The notes beneath the pieces were generated by a model that worked only from the letters and a program-made list of their open reading frames with translations, was not told the DNA's origin and searched no databases. Made by a program: the position numbers and the translations under genes. From an uncultured Gammaproteobacteria bacterium (GTDB taxonomy: Bacteria > Patescibacteriota > Patescibacteriia > UBA9934), in the NCBI GenBank assembly GCA_964599455.1, contig CAZREA010000002.1, forward strand, positions 51,810 through 115,809: 64,000 nucleotides of DNA, written 5' to 3'. Shown in pieces: positions 57,178 through 64,000 of the stretch. Every line of letters starts with the position of its first letter. The first letter of the stretch is position 1.

Positions 57178-60174
57178 TTAGGTCATGTAGCGGTCAGCAG
57201 CACGATAGGCATTACGAAGATCATTCAGACGTTTCATTTCAGCTTTACCTGCACCACCTGGATCTATAACCGTTGCACGATGGGTACGCAACGTTTGATC
57301 GATAACCGACATCGCTTCTTTAATAGCTGTCTTTCTTCCCACATCCGTTTCAGCACGCATCATATCTCCGAGCTTCTGGATCTCCTGAGGAGTCAACCCT
57401 CGTATTACCGTATTTGTTACATCATTTCTAGTTGTTGCTGCAAAAGCACTTGATACCGCAGGTGCAAGTTGTCTTACCGCGGAAGGATCAGCCTGAATAA
57501 CCTGTTGCACTCGTAACTGTGCGTCGCGAGGAACAGCAAATGCAGGATTTGAAGCTGCATTCAAATCAAGACGAGGGATGAGATCACCAAGATTTTTACC
57601 TGCGAGCAATAATTTCTTACGAATAGCATTAGCGTCATCCATACTAATAGCCGATCTCGTCTCCATATCTTCAAGCTGTGCTTGAATTTCATCGTGTACC
57701 GCGCTACTTGTTTTTCGAAGATCAACATCAGCTTTAGCCATTGCCAAGACTGCATTATCGGCATTTGGGCCCATAAAATGATAATCTCGCAAATCAGATT
57801 CGTCGACCTGTTTATTTTTATATGCCTCAACAAGATTATCAGATTCTTGAGTAGCAAAAGCCTGCGTAACAAAGGTGTTTCTTACATCGGCAGTCGTAAT
57901 GCTCGGCGACATTCCCGGAGGCGCCACTCTCGCCGCTTCTGCTACTTCTTCAGCCGCCATGTCCTCAGATCGAGTTCCGGCCTTAATCAAGGCTTGGACA
58001 ACGCTTACATTAATAGGCGGCCCCACGACACCAGGCGCGGGAGTTGAAGAAGTGGTATTTCCAAGATCTGCTAACGTTACCGATCGAGCACCTCCACGCT
58101 TGTACAGATCAGTCAGACGATCTGTATCGCCAGCATTCCTTGCACTTGGTAATGCAGGAGCGATTTTTGAAGAACCATATGCACCACGAGCCAATTCATC
58201 CCATTTAGAAATATTCTTTCCGCTTTCGGTTTTGGCGTAAGAAGCCTTAAGTGCCGCGATCACCGCTGGATCTCCTACGGCTTCATCACGCATGACGCGA
58301 GGATCAAAATCTGGAGAATCGATAAAGGCTTGTGCCTTAGCTGCATCAACCTCCATGTATTTATCGATAAATTGAGAGCGTGCCTTCTTCCAATCGCCAT
58401 CATCAAGTAAACGATGATCTTTATCGTGGTCGTATTCCGCAAGAATACCTTTCGCAAAATTCTCTGCATGCTGTTTGCCATTTCTATCTCGTTTCTCACT
58501 AGCATCTCTAAACTTCTTGAATAATTTGGCATCTTTGAGCATTTCTGCCTGCAAATTTCTTGCAATCGCATAATCTTCTTGGGTTTTTGGCTGTACACCT
58601 CTACTTATCTGATGCAAACGCTCAAGCTTGACATCTTCTGTCATGCCCGCAATAGCTTCCTTTGCCTTTTTATTTTCAGGCTCATCTAAATGATGAAGAG
58701 CTCCGTAGGCCGCAGTACCTGCATTCATGATAGTGGTTGAGCCCAGGAAGGCACCGGCACCGGTCAATTTCTTTGCAGACCATGCACCTGCAGTTCTTGC
58801 GCCGCGAACAGTACTATCAAACGGATGCTCGGCAACAGAAGCACTTTTCGCAACGAAACGAGCAGTTTTAGATAAACCTCCCGTTCCCACAGTTCGTTCA
58901 AGACCTGCCGCAGTAAGATTTCCACCAACACGCGTAAGTGTTGCTGGAACCGCCAAACCCGCCCGTGCCACCCGTCCGCCAATACGAGCACTCGTACTCA
59001 TCACGCGCCTGCCCATTTTTTCGTTGATAACCTTCCCTGCCAAACCGCCCAATTTGCTCGACCACTGAGCCGATTCTTTCATGCCCACTAACAAGAAGAC
59101 AACGCCCAGCAGTAAGCCCGTGAGATTGCTTGATTCAAAAATTTCCAAATACAACTGACCATAGGTCGTGCGCTTTTCTGGTTCGGGGAAACTTTCGGTT
59201 TGAGCAAGGTTGCCATTTGAGGCTGCGGCTAAGGACAACCACAAGAAAAAGGCGAGCATCGGGCCCAGAACCAAGGCCGCAGTAAATTGCCCCATCCATT
59301 GACCCCAAAAACTTCCCAAAAAGCCAATAACTTCTTTTGATCCCCAGGCAAAAAATGCCAAAGGTGACATGATGACGGCAATCCACAACACAATAATGCG
59401 CCAAATAAAGGCAACGGCGAGGAGCACAATCACTACCATGACCGCACCTTGCACAATAAGTTTTCCGTAGGCATTGGCGATGTTGGAGGCAACAGAAATT
59501 GCGACGTCACCCGCTTCCGAAGCAGCTTCGAGCGTTGAAGCAGAATATTGCGAGGCTTGCGGCATGACGAGGAGCTGGGCAAAGTTTCCTGCCGCGATAT
59601 CGAGGAGTGCGTTTACGAACGTCATCATGACGATTTGACTTGCATCAATCGCCAAGCCACACACGGTACGACTGAAGTTCACAAGCACAACCGCGCCAAA
59701 CAACCGAGGCAATTGTTGATCCCAGCCACTACCTGTCTTAAAACCCACCATGGTTTTGACGGCGATGACCAATAACACGATAACCACACCCATGTTGACG
59801 ACATCACGGGTAAGCGTCCAGCCAAGAGTAACGATGTTGGAATTGGCAAAGTTGTTGTAGTTAAGCACCTGAATGACCACGACTTCTAACAACGTAATGG
59901 TGATGGAACCCAATCCGTTTGCCACCCAGTTCATGACCTGAGCAATGTAGCCACCAATCCAAATTCCCACTCCATCGGCAGTAGTCCAGGCAAGATTGGC
60001 CGAACCACCGGTATTTGAAGAAGCAGCATCTGCAGCTGCAGACGAAGAAACCGTCGTATCTTCTTGAGCAAAGGCGACAGTAGGTTGAGCAAGAAGAACA
60101 TTTCCTGCAAAAACAAAAGTGACTACGCTAAAACATGCGAGTGCAAGCATTCTCAACCTTGTCCTAAGCAACAT
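57178..60174 (-). CDS. VirB6/TrbL-like polytopic membrane protein with long cytoplasmic tail
   Basis: GWTLTRDVVN, LVNFS, RIIVLWIAVIMSPLAF, Gly/Ala-rich tail; start uncertain. Confidence 0.78.
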   Translation of the reverse strand: MLLRTRLRMLALACFSVVTFVFAGNVLLAQPTVAFAQEDTTVSSSAAADAASSNTGGSANLAWTTADGVGIWIGGYIAQVMNWVANGLGSITITLLEVVVIQVLNYNNFANSNIVTLGWTLTRDVVNMGVVIVLLVIAVKTMVGFKTGSGWDQQLPRLFGAVVLVNFSRTVCGLAIDASQIVMMTFVNALLDIAAGNFAQLLVMPQASQYSASTLEAASEAGDVAISVASNIANAYGKLIVQGAVMVVIVLLAVAFIWRIIVLWIAVIMSPLAFFAWGSKEVIGFLGSFWGQWMGQFTAALVLGPMLAFFLWLSLAAASNGNLAQTESFPEPEKRTTYGQLYLEIFESSNLTGLLLGVVFLLVGMKESAQWSSKLGGLAGKVINEKMGRRVMSTSARIGGRVARAGLAVPATLTRVGGNLTAAGLERTVGTGGLSKTARFVAKSASVAEHPFDSTVRGARTAGAWSAKKLTGAGAFLGSTTIMNAGTAAYGALHHLDEPENKKAKEAIAGMTEDVKLERLHQISRGVQPKTQEDYAIARNLQAEMLKDAKLFKKFRDASEKRDRNGKQHAENFAKGILAEYDHDKDHRLLDDGDWKKARSQFIDKYMEVDAAKAQAFIDSPDFDPRVMRDEAVGDPAVIAALKASYAKTESGKNISKWDELARGAYGSSKIAPALPSARNAGDTDRLTDLYKRGGARSVTLADLGNTTSSTPAPGVVGPPINVSVVQALIKAGTRSEDMAAEEVAEAARVAPPGMSPSITTADVRNTFVTQAFATQESDNLVEAYKNKQVDESDLRDYHFMGPNADNAVLAMAKADVDLRKTSSAVHDEIQAQLEDMETRSAISMDDANAIRKKLLLAGKNLGDLIPRLDLNAASNPAFAVPRDAQLRVQQVIQADPSAVRQLAPAVSSAFAATTRNDVTNTVIRGLTPQEIQKLGDMMRAETDVGRKTAIKEAMSVIDQTLRTHRATVIDPGGAGKAEMKRLNDLRNAYRAADRYMT

Positions 60175-60298
60175 AGATATCAGTAGTATAGCAGAGATGA
60201 AAGAACGAATGCGTGAAAAATGAAGTGAAGATGTGGACGCGCCTTTCACAGTAAACAGAAAAACGGCTCGAGTACATGAAGTACCCGAGCCGCACGAT

Positions 60299-62143
60299 TC
60301 ATTCCGCGGTCACCGTCAGACCACAGCCATCCGACGTGGGATCGTCGGTGGGCGTGACGCCCATGTCGCAGCCGTCCCAGTAGGCGGTTGCCTCGCCCTG
60401 GACGGTGCCAGACGGAAAAGGCGCGAGGCACGACCAGCTCGTCGCGCCATCGATCACGAATTCGACCGAGAAGCGCAGGCTGTCGCCCGAGCTCATCGAA
60501 CGGGTATAGGTGATCGAGGTCGCATCCTCGACCTCGGCGAGTTCGCTGGTCCAACCCGAGCTGTCGCCCGAGGCATCGGTGAACTCGCCCGACAGGGTGA
60601 TGCGATCAGCACGCTCGGCGTCGGGCGTCGTCCAGGTGAGGACGAGCACGTCGCCGGTCGAGCCACAGGTGTCGGATTCGTCGCCTTCCTCGACATCGGA
60701 CGTACCGGATTCGTCAGCATCTTCCCCATCCGATTCGTCGTCCTCGTCTTGAGTGGGATCGGGCGTGCCCGACCCCTGCGACTCTTCCTCTTCCTCTTCC
60801 TCTTCCTCTTCCTCGAGCTCTCCCGCCGTTGTGTAGGTCAAGTCCTCTTCATCTGCCGCACATTCCGTAATTACTTCCGGACTCAGACAGTACAGATCCG
60901 TACTACAGCTGCCGGTGGTGCTCACGGCGTCCTCGAAGTCATCTTCGTCGACCTCGATGACGGTGCGGTTGCTGAAGCCGAGCATGAGGTACGTGTCCCA
61001 CGAGACAATCGGCATGGCGATACCATCACTCATGAGGTACACGTCGCTCTTGCCGATAGGCGACACCAGGCTGCCATCGCGATAGCTGGCCGTTCCCGCC
61101 TTCGGATAGTCGGCGATGATGCCGCCCTCGAAGTCGGTGTCGTACAACAGATCATCATAGGTCGAGGCGGTGATGCCCCAGCTTTTGAGGATGCCCTGCC
61201 AGCCCGAGGTCGGCACTTTCAGACGATAGCGCTCGCCGTCGTCGGTGGTGCCGAACAGCAGCCAGACGCTCGTCGACGAGCTTTCGCTCACGACGGCGAA
61301 AATCTGCGTGTCGTCGGCGATGCCCTCGCCTTCGCCCAGACAGGTGAGTTCATCGGTGGTGATCAGGGCGACGTTGTCGAAGTCATAGTTGCGGGTGAGA
61401 AACGAGGTCTCGGTGATGAAGGGGCGAGCACTGTCGCCGTCGATGAGGTAGACGGCCGCATCGTCCGGCGTCTTCACGAGCGTGCCGTTGGGGTGCATGC
61501 GCACCACCGGCAGTTGCGACTGGTACAGGTGTCCACGGGTGAGGTCGCAGGTCAGGTCCGTGACCGCAATCTCGTCGCTGTCGCCATCGGTTGTCATATC
61601 GGCAGTCACGAACGAAAGCCCCTTGATGGAAGCACCTTTTATGCCGTCCTTCGAGGCCGTGCCGCTGTGGCGACCGATATGGATGTGATCGCCGCTGGCA
61701 TTGCCAGTCTCGCCCTCGTAGGCAAGGAACTGCCCGGCGGCCACCTCGCTGCCGCTGTCGATGAAGATCTCGGACAGATGCCCCAGGATGATATAGGTGC
61801 CGTCGCCGAGATCGATGTTGATGTGGTAGCCGAAGTTGACGTCGGCATCGGTGTCGTGCACGTATGCCGTACCCGACACCGGCGCGAACACCGGTACATC
61901 GATATCGTTGGGCGTGTCAAAATCCGCGTCGTAGCGGGTGCTCGTGCCCGTATGCGAGTAGCTACCACCCGCACCTTGCGTGCACAGGTACTCCTCGCCG
62001 GCCGCGAAGGGCAGGTTGATGGTGATACTGTCTTCGCCACCGCCAGTAATGCCCGTATCCTGCGTGTCCGTAGGAATACTCACGACCGTCGGCGTACAGG
62101 AAACAATGAACAGACCGAGAAACGAAGGAATGGAACGTGTCAT
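60299..62143 (-). CDS. M23 peptidase lipoprotein with surface repeats and acidic linker (GC-rich)
   Basis: LFIVSC lipobox-like signal; SH...DADF, GHLS, GDHIH zinc ligands; poly-Glu stretch; start at ATG 62143. Confidence 0.85.
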   Translation of the reverse strand: MTRSIPSFLGLFIVSCTPTVVSIPTDTQDTGITGGGEDSITINLPFAAGEEYLCTQGAGGSYSHTGTSTRYDADFDTPNDIDVPVFAPVSGTAYVHDTDADVNFGYHINIDLGDGTYIILGHLSEIFIDSGSEVAAGQFLAYEGETGNASGDHIHIGRHSGTASKDGIKGASIKGLSFVTADMTTDGDSDEIAVTDLTCDLTRGHLYQSQLPVVRMHPNGTLVKTPDDAAVYLIDGDSARPFITETSFLTRNYDFDNVALITTDELTCLGEGEGIADDTQIFAVVSESSSTSVWLLFGTTDDGERYRLKVPTSGWQGILKSWGITASTYDDLLYDTDFEGGIIADYPKAGTASYRDGSLVSPIGKSDVYLMSDGIAMPIVSWDTYLMLGFSNRTVIEVDEDDFEDAVSTTGSCSTDLYCLSPEVITECAADEEDLTYTTAGELEEEEEEEEEEESQGSGTPDPTQDEDDESDGEDADESGTSDVEEGDESDTCGSTGDVLVLTWTTPDAERADRITLSGEFTDASGDSSGWTSELAEVEDATSITYTRSMSSGDSLRFSVEFVIDGATSWSCLAPFPSGTVQGEATAYWDGCDMGVTPTDDPTSDGCGLTVTAE

Positions 62144-62242
62144 GGGAAGAACCCTCTTGAGGATGCGATCATCAGCGATCACCTTCCCCACTCGTTGGAA
62201 GTCTTATGAAAGACGAGTGGGAAAAACGATTGCATTGCGTTA

Positions 62243-62368
62243 CAAAACGATTTTATTTGGAGATAGTTTCTGTCCTGAAAAGCGAGGACCGACGAGGCGT
62301 ACTGACGAAAGTACGGTGAGTCGGCCGCAGCGATGAAGGCAGAAAATAGCCCAAATAAAATCGTTTTG
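62243..62368. repeat. ~125-nt structured repeat, copy 2
   Basis: Matches 45427-45550; outer arms CAAAACGATTTTATTTGG/CCAAATAAAATCGTTTTG. Confidence 0.85.
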
Positions 62369-62870
62369 CATGGTTGCCCGGGGGCTTGGACTCCCCATTT
62401 CCAAGCCCCATTACAGGAATAATGTTTCGCCAATGCTGTCCCTATTGCCGTTATCTGCCGTTTTCAACGACCGCTCGACAGACTGACGCACACGAGAGAT
62501 GCATGAAGCGAAATGCAGTGTTGTGGTTATTGCGGTAACACGAACGTTCCTCCAAAGCGTCGCGACAGGCTTGTCGGCGCGTTCTGTTTCCATTTCAAAA
62601 TGAAACAGCGATCTCAACAAGAGATCGCCAGCAAAAAATGTGCGGCTTTTTCACGGTGTCGTCCGCACACGGGACAAAGATCTGTTTTTTCGCACCGACA
62701 CCCGGACAAAAACACCTCCAACCTTCCCATCGTTTCTTTCCACTGTCCGTGAACACCTGACACGAAAAGTGCCGCTGTCAGCCGGCACTGAACGGTGGAT
62801 AAGTTTTAGGGACAAAAAAATACAATCTTATGATTGCATTTTTTGTCTCATTATTTTTGTCTTCACTTCA

Positions 62871-63275
62871 TCACGCCATGCCTACATATTTTTTGACGGT
62901 TTGAATTTCTTCATGCAATTCATGATCAGCAGTATCAACATACGACATGACGTGGTCGGTAATCGCTTCGTTCACTTCGCTGACGATATCTTTTCTCAAT
63001 GAAACAAATTTTTCATCCATACGAGCCATGAGACGATTCTCTTGTGCAATAAATCGTCCATCCATCTCATCTCGAATATCACGTTTCAAATCTCGTCCGT
63101 GTTGTTCAAGAGCATCGTGAAGATCGATACGTAATCGCTTACCTTGATCAAGAAGTCGATTACTAAACCGTTCATCCATAATCCGAAACTGATCCATCAT
63201 CACTTTTTGGAAGCGATGAAGATCTTTAATCGTAACGTAAGCGTCTTGTCGTGCCTGTTTTCTTGTACCTGCCAT
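62871..63275 (-). CDS. Hypothetical coiled-coil protein
   Basis: 134-aa ORF with repeated MDERF/MDGRF/MDEKF. Confidence 0.65.
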   Translation of the reverse strand: MAGTRKQARQDAYVTIKDLHRFQKVMMDQFRIMDERFSNRLLDQGKRLRIDLHDALEQHGRDLKRDIRDEMDGRFIAQENRLMARMDEKFVSLRKDIVSEVNEAITDHVMSYVDTADHELHEEIQTVKKYVGMA

Positions 63276-63448
63276 AAAGATTATTCAGGGGAGAATAATG
63301 ACGGCAATGGGTCTGCGAAAAGAGTATAGCAAATAAACACCCCCCTTGATTTTTAGCCAAATTTTTGTTATATTCACTATGCCGAATCGTCGCTACATAT
63401 GGCGATGACGAGACAAAACCTTTTTTTCCGCTAGGAGGCTCGAAAGAG

Positions 63449-63919
63449 TTGAGAACCCTCATCAATGTTCTCCTCGGCTTGGGCCTCATGGCCTGTGCCG
63501 GCGGAGACGACGGACGTGGCTGCTCCTGTAGGGGCGACCACGACGAAACGGGCCGGGAAACCGCCCCGCCGGACACGAACGAGACCGGTCCTCTCCCCGA
63601 TGACTCGGGTGAGGAGACCGGCGAAGAGCTCTTCGTCCCCGAGCTCGGAGAGTGGAGCTGCGGAGATGAAGGCACGCCATTGGCGCATAATGGCGATGGT
63701 AGCTACGAGATCTTCCCCGTCTTCGGAAGAATCATCGTGGAAGACGGCGCGGGAAACTTCTACTGTGGAAATTGCGTTGATCCCTATCGGGGAGAAGGCG
63801 TTTTCACTGCCAAGAATACCGCCGAGATTATCCGCGAAAAGTACGAGGTCAACGAAGACGGTGAAATGACCGAGAAAATCATCGAAGAGATTCCGTATGA
63901 TTGCTTCTTGGTCGACTGA
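63449..63919 (+). CDS. Putative lipoprotein (GC-rich island gene)
   Basis: AGGAGG SD then TTG 63449; LLGLGLMAC lipobox-like signal. Confidence 0.65.
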   Translation: MRTLINVLLGLGLMACAGGDDGRGCSCRGDHDETGRETAPPDTNETGPLPDDSGEETGEELFVPELGEWSCGDEGTPLAHNGDGSYEIFPVFGRIIVEDGAGNFYCGNCVDPYRGEGVFTAKNTAEIIREKYEVNEDGEMTEKIIEEIPYDCFLVD

Positions 63920-63956
63920 GTCCGTTCGGTGAGCCAACGCGTTGGCTCACCGAAAC

Positions 63957-63994
63957 AAAAAAATTCGCAACTTGAATGAGTTGCGAATTTTTTA
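63957..63994 (+). terminator. Intrinsic terminator
   Basis: AAAAAATTCGCAACT-loop-AGTTGCGAATTTTTT. Confidence 0.65.
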
Positions 63995-64000
63995 TTAACT

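Noticed and set aside
60783-60815. (TCTTCC)n tandem repeat as a contingency locus
   Set aside because: An in-frame hexamer encoding a poly-Glu linker; length change would not switch expression.
60233-62209. 658-aa plus-strand ORF
   Set aside because: Antisense shadow of the M23 gene, which has the catalytic motifs and signal peptide. The same reasoning applies to 24377..25015 and 33019..33774.
24410-63919. Additional DGR targets among the other GC-rich genes
   Set aside because: Their 3' ends show no similarity to TR by eye; remote targets outside the window remain possible.

Overview
Chromosomal segment of a bacterium using the standard code (TGA = stop). The gene content suggests Patescibacteria/CPR, probably ABY1/Uhrbacteria-like (inference): a PrgI/VirB4/VirB6 locus next to comF, a pilin-like fusion, a tRNA-Arg(GCG) and mostly Shine-Dalgarno-free starts. 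Housekeeping genes include thrS (5' end), dnaE, pheS/pheT, rseP, manB, lemA/htpX, a Clp ATPase, radA, recG, znuABC and three canonical tRNAs. The clearest special system is a complete diversity-generating retroelement (DGR) at 15.2-18.2 kb: RT, avd, a 133-bp TR and a target gene whose VR differs from TR at 16 positions, all TR adenines. Here avd and RT are divergent, and a single C10/G10 tract lies between their in-frame starts. Adding one base would put an upstream ATG in frame with both genes at once and give the RT an N-terminal QLSLF sliding-clamp motif. Other highlights are a T-box with an ultrashort Stem I upstream of thrS, an atypical tRNA with the Ala identity pair G3-U70 but a Val (UAC) anticodon, palindromic repeats inserted in-frame in essential genes, a ~125-nt covarying repeat, and scattered GC-rich, SD-led single-gene islands. 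All calls were made by eye from motifs; no database searches were run.
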